From Alphaproteobacteria bacterium (GTDB taxonomy: Bacteria; Pseudomonadota; Alphaproteobacteria; Rs-D84), in the NCBI GenBank assembly GCA_046881895.1, contig JBKSMR010000007.1:1-32636 (forward strand): a stretch of 32,636 nt of DNA, written 5' to 3'. The stretch's first letter is position 1; each line of letters starts with the position of its first letter. Position numbers and translations under genes: made by a program. Under the pieces are notes generated by a model. It saw nothing but the letters and a program-made list of their open reading frames with translations. It did not search any database and was not told where the DNA came from. Shown piece after piece: positions 7,064-18,626 of this stretch.

Positions 7064-8330
7064 ACTGATTCATAGAAGAAAAGAAATCATCATTTGTCTT
7101 GGTCAAACGCAATTTATCCAACAAGAATTCCATTGCCTCTAATGTCCCCATTGGATTTATAATACGACGCAAGACATACATCTTTGATAATATATCTTTG
7201 CCGACCAACAAATCTTCTTTGCGTGTACCAGACTTTGTAATGTCAATCGCCGGGTATACACGTTTATCAGACAGTTTTCTGTCCAGAATGATTTCGCTGT
7301 TACCTGTACCCTTGAATTCTTCAAAGATAACTTCGTCCATTTTTGAGCCTGTATCAACCAATGCAGTTGCGATAATAGTCAACGAGCCGCCGCCTTCGAT
7401 ATTACGTGCTGCACCGAAAAAGCGTTTTGGCCGCTGTAATGCGTATGCATCGACACCACCGGTTAAAACCTTACCACTTGATGGAACGCATGTATTATAT
7501 GCACGACCCAAACGTGTAATAGAATCCAGCAAGATAACAACATCTTGCCCTGCTTCTACCAGACGTTTTGCCTTTTCTATAACCATTTCTGCAACTTGGA
7601 TATGACGTGCTGCAGGTTCATCAAATGTCGAAGAAATAACCTCACCCTTTACACTGCGTTGCATATCTGTAACTTCTTCGGGACGTTCGTCAATCAACAG
7701 AACAATCAGTTTAACATCCGGATAGTTTGTTGCGATACTGTGTGTAATATTCTGCAACATGACTGTTTTACCAGTACGTGGTGGTGCAACAATCAGTGAA
7801 CGCTGTCCTTTACCGGTTGGGGAAATCAAGTCAATAACACGTGCAGACAGATTACGGCCTTTATCTTTATCGTCTGGCACCTCCATCCGTAACATTTCAT
7901 CAGGATACAATGGTGTCATATCGTCAAAAGAAACACGATGTTTTAATTTTTCTGGATTATCGCCATTTACACGTTCAATTGTTTCCAGTGCAAAATAGCG
8001 TTCAGATTCATTTTGTGGTGCCTGAATTTGTCCTTCGATATAGTCGCCTGTTTTCAAACCATACTTTTTTATAAGGTTTGGAGAAACGTACAAATCATCA
8101 GGTCCTGCCAGATAGTTTGATTCTGGTGCGCGCAAGAATCCGAAACCATCTTGCATACGTTCCAAAACGCCATCACCAATCAACACAACCTTTTTATCAG
8201 CCGCAAACACGCGCATAACCGCAAAACGCAATTGTTGCACGTTTAATTGTGATGGATTTTCAATACCCATATCTTCTGCCATTTTCAGCAATTGCTGTGG
8301 CGATTTAGCCTTTAATTCATTTATATGCAT
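7062..8330 (-). CDS. rho: Transcription termination factor Rho (422 aa)
   Basis: Motifs [16 protein letters not shown], Walker [27 protein letters not shown] and FEEFKGTGN. The ATG at 8330 with an AAGGA RBS is preferred over the TTG at 8360. Confidence 0.98.
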   Translation of the reverse strand: MHINELKAKSPQQLLKMAEDMGIENPSQLNVQQLRFAVMRVFAADKKVVLIGDGVLERMQDGFGFLRAPESNYLAGPDDLYVSPNLIKKYGLKTGDYIEGQIQAPQNESERYFALETIERVNGDNPEKLKHRVSFDDMTPLYPDEMLRMEVPDDKDKGRNLSARVIDLISPTGKGQRSLIVAPPRTGKTVMLQNITHSIATNYPDVKLIVLLIDERPEEVTDMQRSVKGEVISSTFDEPAARHIQVAEMVIEKAKRLVEAGQDVVILLDSITRLGRAYNTCVPSSGKVLTGGVDAYALQRPKRFFGAARNIEGGGSLTIIATALVDTGSKMDEVIFEEFKGTGNSEIILDRKLSDKRVYPAIDITKSGTRKEDLLVGKDILSKMYVLRRIINPMGTLEAMEFLLDKLRLTKTNDDFFSSMNQ

Positions 8331-8387
8331 AAAATTTTCCTTTGTTGGAGATTTCGGCAATCGAACGATGCCGTCTTGATGAATAGT

Positions 8388-8416
8388 ATATTACACTAAA
8401 TTGACAAAAAAGTCAA
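8388..8416 (-). promoter_or_regulatory. Putative rho promoter overlapped by a TTGAC-N6-GTCAA palindrome
   Basis: Minus strand TTGACT-N17-TAATAT. The inverted repeat spans 8401-8416. Confidence 0.55.
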
Positions 8417-8421
8417 GTTTT

Positions 8422-9639
8422 TTATTGTGTGCCACCCCCAGCCCAAAACAAATAATCGTTCCCTACTTCATCACTTAGCGTAATACCCTTTTCATTTAAT
8501 TTATCCTTTATTGTTACATTTGTTGGGTCTATGAAACATTGTGTTTTACTTGTATTCAGAATTTTATTATTTGTCGTAAACGGTTCAGGACACTTTTTGC
8601 AGGATGTTTGACCTTCTGCATCTTGGTATTCACCGCTCCCATTACACTGTTGACAACGCCTGCTAGACACAAAATCTTTCTGAAAATAACCCTTTGGGCA
8701 TAGTTTGCACGATGACGATGCGATATTTCCATCCGTATGAGAGATTTTTCCATCTTTATACTCCCATGTAGAAGATCCACTGCCACACGGAGTGCAACTC
8801 TCAGCGATACCTGCCTTATCCATATATGTTCCTGCTGGACATTTTGTGCATACAATATTAGGTTCAGTTGTTGGTTCTGCATCCTTCACATATGCACTTT
8901 TATAATACCCTGGTGCACACCGCCAGTTCCCTGTTGCATCCCCTGTTGGTTCACAAACATACTCGCTACCATTATATTTAAATTCATAAAACTTGGCCTG
9001 TTGATATCCTTCTCTAAAAGAAACATATTCTGACGCATCTGTATTACAATATTCACAACCTTGACAATCATGAATGGGCAACTCACAGTCACGACCCCCA
9101 CCATCTTGACTTTCTGGCTTACAATATACACTATCTTTACCATTTGGTGCATAGTACCGTTTATCAGGGTTACAAAAAGCATTGAATCTATCAGTCTCGC
9201 AACTTGACGGTGTCAAACCTATATAGATATCCCCAAGTCCGGCATCTAAGTATCTGTTAGCTTGAACTGCTGTATTATATCCATCTGAGTCTTTCTGTAT
9301 ACAATATCCAAAACAAGCTGTTTTACAATTATTTTTTAGTTGCCACGGAGAGCTACACCCACAATTATAATCCAGACTGGAGCAAAACAGATCTGGATCA
9401 TTCTCCTTACACCCCGGAAAATCTGGAGTTGGATACGAACTCTTCCAGCTCTGATCACTTTCAAAGCAGTAATACCGATTGCTGGTACACTGTGACAACG
9501 ACGAATCGGTTGTACCCGTTTTGCACGCATATGGATCACTATAGCAACTTTCACAATATGTATTGTAGTCAGCTGCCAATAAAACATTCGGACTTACCAA
9601 CAGTGCAACAAATAAAAGTTTTATAATCTGTTTCAACAT
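8422..9639 (-). CDS. Exported Cys-rich protein with GCC2/GCC3 (ephrin-receptor-like) repeats
   Basis: Signal peptide. Repeats CPAGTY...CTPCGSG, CPKGYFQ...CQQC and GEYQDAEGQTSCKKCP. Confidence 0.8.
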   Translation of the reverse strand: MLKQIIKLLFVALLVSPNVLLAADYNTYCESCYSDPYACKTGTTDSSLSQCTSNRYYCFESDQSWKSSYPTPDFPGCKENDPDLFCSSLDYNCGCSSPWQLKNNCKTACFGYCIQKDSDGYNTAVQANRYLDAGLGDIYIGLTPSSCETDRFNAFCNPDKRYYAPNGKDSVYCKPESQDGGGRDCELPIHDCQGCEYCNTDASEYVSFREGYQQAKFYEFKYNGSEYVCEPTGDATGNWRCAPGYYKSAYVKDAEPTTEPNIVCTKCPAGTYMDKAGIAESCTPCGSGSSTWEYKDGKISHTDGNIASSSCKLCPKGYFQKDFVSSRRCQQCNGSGEYQDAEGQTSCKKCPEPFTTNNKILNTSKTQCFIDPTNVTIKDKLNEKGITLSDEVGNDYLFWAGGGTQ

Positions 9640-9662
9640 TTTATCAGGCGGCCTTTGATTTA

Positions 9663-12600
9663 TTAAAATCTGTACATTCCGGTAAATCTTATGTTATGCA
9701 ACTGCATTTCTTGGTTGTACTGATAACGATAATCCAGTCCAAATTGCAATCCATTTGCAGACAATACTTCAAATCCACCACCGATATTTGCCCACAATGG
9801 ATTGACATTCATATCATATGTTGAATAATCCATCGCACCTGCAAATTTGTATTCAATACTGTCTTGCATACCGAATATGTCATATTCAACACCAATTGTT
9901 GCATATGGACGAATTTGCAACCATGCAGATGGATATATACGCTTTTGTGCAGTCAAAGAATAGCCCGGTGTTAACATAAAGTAACCGTCTTGTTTATATT
10001 CCATAAATTCACTGTCGGATATATCTGATGAAATATTTAATCCAAAGTTATAGCCAACACGTGCATAAACATTACCTACAATATATTGGTTCAAGATATC
10101 ATGCAACAAACCAAATTCTGAAATTAAACTAAATGCAGTGCCATTCCCGTCAATTGCATCAACAAATGTCTGATTACGTTCAACGTTAAACAAGTGTGCA
10201 TCTATAAACGCATTACCATACAAACGCACCTTGTCGCCCAAAGTTTTCATCAAATAACCACCAAAACCAACATTTGTATCTGTAACACGTGTGTCCAATT
10301 GTCCCATCTGAGAAACAGACCCATAACTTAAATCAAACAATTCGCCCACCGAAGACGCACTGTGTGATACATGTCCAGACAAACCTAAAATCAAAGTATC
10401 TGATTCTTGCCAATCAAATCCACCAGATATAGCAAAACGATTCCCGTCTGTATGATTACCACTTAACAAATTCTGATAGAACATACCATAATCAACATCC
10501 ATCCATGCTTTATCTAAACGACGGTTACGATTCCAGATAAATTCATCAACCATACGGTCTTCGAACGAACGGAACGTTGCATGTTCATTCAATGACATCA
10601 AGCTTGCCGCCTGTTCACCATCAGCGCCTTCGAACAAACGGCTAAAACTAGACAACGCAGTACCATTGTAATGCAACAAATAATCTTCCATACGATTGTA
10701 CAATTCTGTCATAGACAATTCCATATTTGTGCCCTGGAATACAACCGGCAAAACTTCTAGTGGGGTCTTGTTATAGAATTTATTCGCCTGTAACTGGGCC
10801 GAAATCATAGAGTCTATTGCACCAGCAGCAGAATATTCAGAATCTTTCCGCATTGGCAATCTTCCAACAATTGGTTGAATTGGGAACAACGCCGCAGGAC
10901 CACCGAAACGATCATCAAATACAACATATAAACTATCTGTCTGACCATCACCGTCAGAATCACGAACAGAAATATATGCTGGCAAACCATCTGATTCTGG
11001 ATCCAAATCGTTAAAATATGCAACACATGTCGAACCATCTTCGTTACAGAACTTAACATTTATATTGCGGATTTTTGCAGAAATATCAGATACACCACCG
11101 TCTGCATGCAACAGCCAAATCGCAGTTCCTTGATCGATCATATCAAATATTTTGATACCAATCTGAGAATCTTCCAGATACTTATTATCTGCACTGCCCA
11201 ATCCATTCATCGCCAAATCAGACGAGAATGTACCATCAACATCAATCAGTGGCTTTGCATCAGGTGCATTTGTAATCTGTCCCAGCTTGCCATCTGTCAT
11301 ATTTACAGTTGCCCAATAATTTATATCAGTTGTATCCATTCCAACACCATCTGCATATGGCAAAATAGCAGCCATAAACGAACTTGTGCCACTAAATACA
11401 TAATCACCTGTTATATGCATTTTTTCCAAACCAATAAAGTCAACACCACCAGACACGTCACCATCAACAAAAACATTCATCCAGTTTGTCGATGGATTCG
11501 CAGCAATTGTTAAATTTTCGGCAATAATATCACCATTCACCGTAACATCGCTGGACATTATATTCAATTTACCGCTTTGGCTTATACCGCCAACATTAAG
11601 CGTACCTGCGTTTATCGTGTATGTATCTGGCATAACATGCATCATCGCAAATAATGCATCCTGTCCCAAGACACCTTTTACAATCAAATCATCTTTTACA
11701 GTTAACCCTGCACCAAATAACTCGGTCTGACCATTTGTGATATTAAAACTGTTTGCTAATATATGATTGCTGCCAGAATCCAAAGACATATTGCCAGTAT
11801 TTGCAACCTGATTTCCGACCTTGATACCATCAGTTGCAACAATATTAACATAACCATCATTAGAAATATTTCCCGCTTTGAACGCACCAGATACATCATA
11901 TGTTACAGTTGCATTTTCATCGACAGCAAACCCATTAGTAATATCGACACCAGCCAAATCATATACAACATTTTCATCTGCTGCATAAAAATTAGTTGCT
12001 TTTAAACTATTTGCCTTTAACTGACTTGCACCGACTAAGTTCAACGAACCTGTCTGGGCACCTTGAACAAATCCCCCCGTAACATTTATATTTGCAGCAG
12101 ATACATCTGATGCCAAAGATGTATTACCCGACGCATTCAGATTTACAGTTCCACCCGTAACTGTTATATCTTTTGCAGACAAATTATCAAAAGAAAGATT
12201 CAGTATACCACCCGTTTCATTTAAAATATTACCTGTTATCGAAATATTTTTAGGCACAGATACATTGTCATCATACGCAATATCCAACAAGCCAGAATTT
12301 GTAATAGAAGCAACAGACACAGACTTATCCGCCAACAAATCGATCTTTGCAGCTGCAGTATTTTTAATATTTTCTAATTCAATTGTACCTGCATTTACAG
12401 ATAGTACCCCACTGTTTTCTATTAGTTTGCTGGTTTCTATGGTCTGTGCTTTGGCAGATAAAGAACCGCTATTATTCAAAGCACCGATTGTCAAGACAGC
12501 AGCAGAATCCAATGTCAATTGTTTATCCGCAGCAACCCGAACACTATTTAATGCAATATTACCAACGCTTGTCTTTAACAAGAAAGAATCACCCATCAAC

Positions 12601-14747
12601 GACAAACCTGCATTATAAGTATTCAGACTATCAAATCTAACTGTGCCACCAATATTTATATCACCTGTACTCGCGATAATACTGTCACCATATTCACGAA
12701 TTAGACCACTATGATTTAATGCCCCAACAGTCGCAATATCAGAATATATTGTAATTGTACCTGATGAATCACTTCCACCAACGATGCCCGTAATATCCAA
12801 AGTCGTCTTATTCGTTCCTGTATTATTATCAGCAAATATCAAACCGCTGCCACTAACAGCAGAAACATCCCCAGTAATGTCAATATCATTTGATACAAAC
12901 TGTACGGTTTGACCAGTTTTTTCAGCCTTCCACCCATTTACTATATTTATCTTATTCGCAGACAAATCAAAAATATTTGCACCAATATCAAGTGTGCCAT
13001 CCAGATAAAAATCCTTTGCCACAGCGATGCTTTCTACCGAAGAATCTAAATCAACAATACCTGCATTATCTATTAACATATTACCATTGACATCGACATT
13101 ATTTGCCAACGCTTTTAAATTCAATGTTGAACCATCTACAGTAATTCCGCCCAATTTCATCGGTACACCATCACCCGAATCAGAACCAATAACATTCGTT
13201 ACACCGCCATCAGTCACCTTCATCTGACCATCAACACTGACACTCTTTGCATACAATGTAAAAATACCCGCACTGTTTGCTACATCGCCACCAACCTGAA
13301 TCTGTCCAATTGGGCTGGTCGAAGAACCAATATACAATGTCGCATCATCACCGTCATTAGATATGTTATCCAAAGAAATATTCGCCGCATTCATCATAGT
13401 TTTTCCACGGTTCGATACACTCCCTGTCGCCACTAATGAACCAGATGACACAATTTGCAAATTCGCACCACTTGCAACATTTATTGCCGTAGAAACGTTA
13501 CCGATATTACCGCCATTCAGCCCAACATTTGCAGCCGTTACGCTTAAATTACCCTGCAATGCCGACAAATACGATGCAGATAATTTATTCTTTACATCCA
13601 AAGTCATATCCGCACCAGAATTTTCAATCGTAGTCGCATTTAAAACGCCATACGTTGAATCAGTGACGTTCAAAGTGAAAGATTTCAGCGAATTTAATAA
13701 CGCCTGATTACTAGTGCCCAAATCGATTGTACCTGTTGTCAACGAAAACGTACCTGTCGTCGCATCAACTTCAACCCCTTTGGCAAAAGTTGTTTTTCCA
13801 CTTATAACTGCATCGAAATTACCACGATTAAACAAAGAAACATCTGACCCGTCACCTGTAACAGTCAAACTATTTGCAACAAAACTTATTTCAGATTCCG
13901 CACCATCATTCTTTACAGCACCAGACACAACAATGTCTTCGCCACCAACATCCAACAAAACCCCAGAATTTTCCAAATTTCCGTTAATTTCAATATCTTT
14001 AACCGCCTGAATTCGCACAATATCATCATTTGCTGCATTTTGAATCGTACCGGAAACAATACCCGCAGCACTATAAATATCTGCACGCAAGGTTGTTGTA
14101 TTATCCGAATCAGCCAACACATTCAACGCACCCATATTCAAATTTCCTTGGGTCGTGTTAATATTTACCACACCACCAGAATTTACATTAACAACCCCCA
14201 AACCGATATCGCCAGCCGACAATTCCGCCATCCCATCAACACGAACAGGTCCATTGACCTGAATAGAATTTAAATTAGTCGCATGTAATGACGAACCAGC
14301 ACCAACACGAACAACAGCAGAATTATCATTATCGCCAACCAACAAACGGCCATAGACAGCACCATCATATACACCCCGAATATTTAAATTTCGACCATCC
14401 AACACCTCTAACATAGTTCCGATTGAAACATCCCTGATTGTTTCTATGTCAAATGTATTATTCACACCAGACATTATATATAATGCACTGTTTTGATTTT
14501 GTACGGTATCTGTTCCAAAATACAACCCATTTGCAAAATTCACACCCGGCACAGCATCAGTAACGCCATTAACATCATTTATAGAACTGCTGTTACCTTC
14601 TATACGAATCGTGTTATCAACACCAACCGCATTTTTCCACTCATCCGAATTCGTAAGGATAACACCGTCACTATTTAAAGTATGCACAGTAGCCCCTGCA
14701 CCTACCGGCAACAGGCAGCAAATCAAAGAAATTAGCTTTTTAAACAT
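9663..14747 (-). CDS. Large autotransporter-like outer membrane protein (~1694 aa)
   Basis: Signal peptide MFKKLIS...AGA (ATG 14747). G/N/V/S-rich beta-helix-like passenger. C-terminal ~290-aa amphipathic barrel ending YRF. DSDGDGQTD Ca-binding-like loop. Confidence 0.88.
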   Translation of the reverse strand: MFKKLISLICCLLPVGAGATVHTLNSDGVILTNSDEWKNAVGVDNTIRIEGNSSSINDVNGVTDAVPGVNFANGLYFGTDTVQNQNSALYIMSGVNNTFDIETIRDVSIGTMLEVLDGRNLNIRGVYDGAVYGRLLVGDNDNSAVVRVGAGSSLHATNLNSIQVNGPVRVDGMAELSAGDIGLGVVNVNSGGVVNINTTQGNLNMGALNVLADSDNTTTLRADIYSAAGIVSGTIQNAANDDIVRIQAVKDIEINGNLENSGVLLDVGGEDIVVSGAVKNDGAESEISFVANSLTVTGDGSDVSLFNRGNFDAVISGKTTFAKGVEVDATTGTFSLTTGTIDLGTSNQALLNSLKSFTLNVTDSTYGVLNATTIENSGADMTLDVKNKLSASYLSALQGNLSVTAANVGLNGGNIGNVSTAINVASGANLQIVSSGSLVATGSVSNRGKTMMNAANISLDNISNDGDDATLYIGSSTSPIGQIQVGGDVANSAGIFTLYAKSVSVDGQMKVTDGGVTNVIGSDSGDGVPMKLGGITVDGSTLNLKALANNVDVNGNMLIDNAGIVDLDSSVESIAVAKDFYLDGTLDIGANIFDLSANKINIVNGWKAEKTGQTVQFVSNDIDITGDVSAVSGSGLIFADNNTGTNKTTLDITGIVGGSDSSGTITIYSDIATVGALNHSGLIREYGDSIIASTGDINIGGTVRFDSLNTYNAGLSLMGDSFLLKTSVGNIALNSVRVAADKQLTLDSAAVLTIGALNNSGSLSAKAQTIETSKLIENSGVLSVNAGTIELENIKNTAAAKIDLLADKSVSVASITNSGLLDIAYDDNVSVPKNISITGNILNETGGILNLSFDNLSAKDITVTGGTVNLNASGNTSLASDVSAANINVTGGFVQGAQTGSLNLVGASQLKANSLKATNFYAADENVVYDLAGVDITNGFAVDENATVTYDVSGAFKAGNISNDGYVNIVATDGIKVGNQVANTGNMSLDSGSNHILANSFNITNGQTELFGAGLTVKDDLIVKGVLGQDALFAMMHVMPDTYTINAGTLNVGGISQSGKLNIMSSDVTVNGDIIAENLTIAANPSTNWMNVFVDGDVSGGVDFIGLEKMHITGDYVFSGTSSFMAAILPYADGVGMDTTDINYWATVNMTDGKLGQITNAPDAKPLIDVDGTFSSDLAMNGLGSADNKYLEDSQIGIKIFDMIDQGTAIWLLHADGGVSDISAKIRNINVKFCNEDGSTCVAYFNDLDPESDGLPAYISVRDSDGDGQTDSLYVVFDDRFGGPAALFPIQPIVGRLPMRKDSEYSAAGAIDSMISAQLQANKFYNKTPLEVLPVVFQGTNMELSMTELYNRMEDYLLHYNGTALSSFSRLFEGADGEQAASLMSLNEHATFRSFEDRMVDEFIWNRNRRLDKAWMDVDYGMFYQNLLSGNHTDGNRFAISGGFDWQESDTLILGLSGHVSHSASSVGELFDLSYGSVSQMGQLDTRVTDTNVGFGGYLMKTLGDKVRLYGNAFIDAHLFNVERNQTFVDAIDGNGTAFSLISEFGLLHDILNQYIVGNVYARVGYNFGLNISSDISDSEFMEYKQDGYFMLTPGYSLTAQKRIYPSAWLQIRPYATIGVEYDIFGMQDSIEYKFAGAMDYSTYDMNVNPLWANIGGGFEVLSANGLQFGLDYRYQYNQEMQLHNIRFTGMYRF

Positions 14748-14829
14748 TTTTTTATTTTCTTCCAATCGTTTTTATGATAACAATTATGGCACATTTAGTC
14801 TTACCAAGGCAAGACTAAATTGAATATAA

Positions 14830-16116
<1,287 letters not shown>

Positions 16117-16136
16117 TCTGTTCAAGAGTAATAAAC

Positions 16137-16164
16137 GGGGGGGTGTTACAAACACCCCCTTTTT
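16137..16164 (+). terminator. Intrinsic terminator after eno
   Basis: GGGGGTGTT-ACA-AACACCCCC followed by TTTTT. Confidence 0.8.
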
Positions 16165-16172
16165 CATAAAAA

Positions 16173-16379
16173 ATGATGAATATTAGTGAAATTTTACTTA
16201 TCGCAAAATACGCAGCATGCGTATTAGTTTTGCTGGGCTTAATCTTGGCACCTGCATGGGTTGCCCGTCAAAACGGCAAAGGCAAACCCGCGATGCATGC
16301 TGTCAGACTTGGCAGCTGGATCTTTGGTTGGTCTCTTATCGGCTGGATATATGCATTATACCAAGCAATAAAAAAATAA
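16173..16379 (+). CDS. Small membrane protein, T4 Imm-like (superinfection immunity family)
   Basis: The pattern LAPAWVARQ...FGWSLIGWIYALYQA resembles the family consensus LPxxxAxxR...LGWTxxGWxxALxWA. Confidence 0.7.
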   Translation: MMNISEILLIAKYAACVLVLLGLILAPAWVARQNGKGKPAMHAVRLGSWIFGWSLIGWIYALYQAIKK

Positions 16380-16481
16380 TCATATACAAATCCCCTTAAA
16401 ATAAAATATTGACAAACACGCTTGACAAACTGTTCTTTTGGTGTAATATTTACTACAAAACAAACTAAAAAGGATTTTATT

Positions 16482-17207
16482 ATGTCCACAAAAAAACAAG
16501 TCAAGACCGCCGCACGCAAAGTTCGTAATACTCGTAACGCGTCCAACAAAAAACAAAATCGACCATCTATATGGACACGCGTTTGGAATATCATCTGTTG
16601 GCCCTTTCGTAAAATCGCAGCACTGTTTTGTAAATTATGGAATCGTATTTGCGGCATAAACTTTATCGGTTTATTAAATTTCACCCTACTAATTTCGATA
16701 ATCATATTGTTTTCTATGTTGATTATCGATTTTACAAAATGTAACAAACAACCCGTTGTTATTGTTGCGCAGCCTGTACCTGTAACAAAACCTGCATCTG
16801 AACAACGCAAAGTCATTGCACGTAAACCGGCATTACCAGTTGTAAACAAAAAAGTTTCGCAGCCAGTAAATATTATTCCTGTAAAAAAATCCGAAGTTAA
16901 AAATACAAAAAAGCAAACTGCAATTCAGAACAAAAAAATTCTTGGCGACATTATTATTGACAATCGCGGTTCTGGTGCAGTTCTGCAACACAATGCATAC
17001 GTAAATGGTAATGTATATTTACAAAACATGCATAAATACACATTGCCATGTGGGACAAAAATAAACGGCAACATGTTCCTGCGTGACATTGGTTTATTAC
17101 AGTTCTGTGGCGATTTCACAGTCACAGGAAACATATACGTCAGTCCACGTTCTTCATTTGGCCCAATACCAAAGACAGCACGTATTGGTGGGTATGTCGT
17201 ATTATAA
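16482..17207 (+). CDS. Bitopic membrane protein with C-terminal beta-solenoid-like repeats
   Basis: ATG 16482 after AAAGGA. Basic N-terminus, amphipathic W-rich helix, TM helix, P/V/K linker, then ILGDIII/VNGNVYL/INGNMFL/VTGNIYV repeats. Confidence 0.8.
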   Translation: MSTKKQVKTAARKVRNTRNASNKKQNRPSIWTRVWNIICWPFRKIAALFCKLWNRICGINFIGLLNFTLLISIIILFSMLIIDFTKCNKQPVVIVAQPVPVTKPASEQRKVIARKPALPVVNKKVSQPVNIIPVKKSEVKNTKKQTAIQNKKILGDIIIDNRGSGAVLQHNAYVNGNVYLQNMHKYTLPCGTKINGNMFLRDIGLLQFCGDFTVTGNIYVSPRSSFGPIPKTARIGGYVVL

Positions 17208-17227
17208 GAATTCATGTTTTCTCCCTT

Positions 17228-17260
17228 AAAAAAATACCGCTGTATTGCGGTATTTTTTTT
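17228..17260. terminator. Intrinsic terminator
   Basis: AAAAAAATACCGC-TGTATT-GCGGTATTTTTTTT. Confidence 0.8.
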
Positions 17261-17323
17261 CGTGGTATAAAAAATACTTTTCTTATATAATAAAAATGTC
17301 CACATCAAACAAAGGAAGGAAAC

Positions 17324-17548
17324 ATGTTCGAAAAAATATTAAACGTATTGTCCAAGAACCTGGGTTATACAGTTGTATTGGCGGTTGCATTATTGTTATT
17401 TGCCATATTTTCTGATGGCTTGGTTGCCGGTTTAATTACTGCTGTATCTGCTTTACTGGTTTACACATGTGTGCAAGCACTGTACCATGAATACAAAGCA
17501 ATACCGAATAAAAAAGCACCCGCAGCAAAAAAGAAAGCAAAAAAATAA
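17324..17548 (+). CDS. Small two-TM membrane protein with Lys/Ala tail
   Basis: AAGGAAGGA RBS, two hydrophobic segments, own terminator. Confidence 0.8.
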   Translation: MFEKILNVLSKNLGYTVVLAVALLLFAIFSDGLVAGLITAVSALLVYTCVQALYHEYKAIPNKKAPAAKKKAKK

Positions 17549-17554
17549 ATTCCT

Positions 17555-17578
17555 AAATCCGCCGTTGGCGGATTTTTT
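17555..17578 (+). terminator. Intrinsic terminator
   Basis: AAATCCGCC-GTT-GGCGGATTTTTT. Confidence 0.8.
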
Positions 17579-17616
17579 ATTTTTATCACGCACTAATTTG
17601 TGGTATAATACGTGGT

Positions 17617-18573
17617 ATGAGAAAAAGAAACACACTTATTATATCTATGATGATATGCACATTGTCTGCACCTGCAATTGCGGGCTGGCAATATGACGGA
17701 ATATATGTTGGCGACGGTTGGTATACTGATGATGGAACAAGATTTGTAATTTCTGCACGCGGTGGTGCATCATTCGGCATGGCATCCATCAAAAACGACG
17801 TTGGTGCAATATCCAGCGGTTTTTACATTGACGAAAGTACAAACACCTTGATTCCGGATAACGGCACATCCAGCTCTTATCCATATGCTGGATATTATGA
17901 ATTATCAGACGTGCCTGTAAACAAAGACTTTTCAAATTTCTCATTTGCCGCAGGTGCCAGCATTGGTTGGACAGTACCAAACGCAACCCAATGGCGAATT
18001 GAGGCTGGCTGGGATCATATCGTAAAAAGTGATTATAATGCCTCACCAATGTTTAGTGGTACAGTTACGCTAAAAGACGGAGAATTATCAACACCACTTT
18101 CATTAGACGTACGCAGTGGTTCTGTAAATTCTGAAATAACAACTGATGTTGTAAGCATCATGGCATTTTACGATTTCTTCGACGGAATATACAAGCCTAC
18201 AAGACAGATCATACCATACGTTGGTTTTGGCATTGGTTATGCCGATTCCAAAACAGTACTGAACCTGTCTGACCCATATGGCGACATTACATATCAGCTG
18301 GACCTGGGACAATACGGCATCGTAGAAGACGGCAGAATTGTTGAATTCTATAAATCTGAACGTCACACATCTAATTTTGCAGGCTTATTATCCGCAGGTA
18401 TATCATACGGCATTACTGAAAAAATGTTTTTAGATTTTGGTGCACGTGCAATGTATATTCCACGTGTCAAATGGGGTTTAACCAATGCCGACGACACAAA
18501 GCACCGCGAATTTTTCAGTGCCGAAAATCTAATTTATTTAAATCTGATGCTGGGCATAAGGTTCGAATTCTGA
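17617..18573 (+). CDS. Outer membrane beta-barrel protein (8-stranded Opa/OmpA-barrel-like, long loops)
   Basis: Signal peptide. Motifs WRIE, MAFYDF, PYVGFGIGY, AGISYGITE and C-terminal LGIRFEF. Confidence 0.85.
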   Translation: MRKRNTLIISMMICTLSAPAIAGWQYDGIYVGDGWYTDDGTRFVISARGGASFGMASIKNDVGAISSGFYIDESTNTLIPDNGTSSSYPYAGYYELSDVPVNKDFSNFSFAAGASIGWTVPNATQWRIEAGWDHIVKSDYNASPMFSGTVTLKDGELSTPLSLDVRSGSVNSEITTDVVSIMAFYDFFDGIYKPTRQIIPYVGFGIGYADSKTVLNLSDPYGDITYQLDLGQYGIVEDGRIVEFYKSERHTSNFAGLLSAGISYGITEKMFLDFGARAMYIPRVKWGLTNADDTKHREFFSAENLIYLNLMLGIRFEF

Positions 18574-18600
18574 ACAACACGATACAAAAAACTAAATAAT

Positions 18601-18625
18601 AAAAATCCCGCGTTTGCGGGCTTTT
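18601..18625. terminator. Bidirectional terminator between convergent genes
   Basis: AAAAAT-CCCGC-GTTT-GCGGG-CTTTT. Confidence 0.7.
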
Positions 18626-18626
18626 C

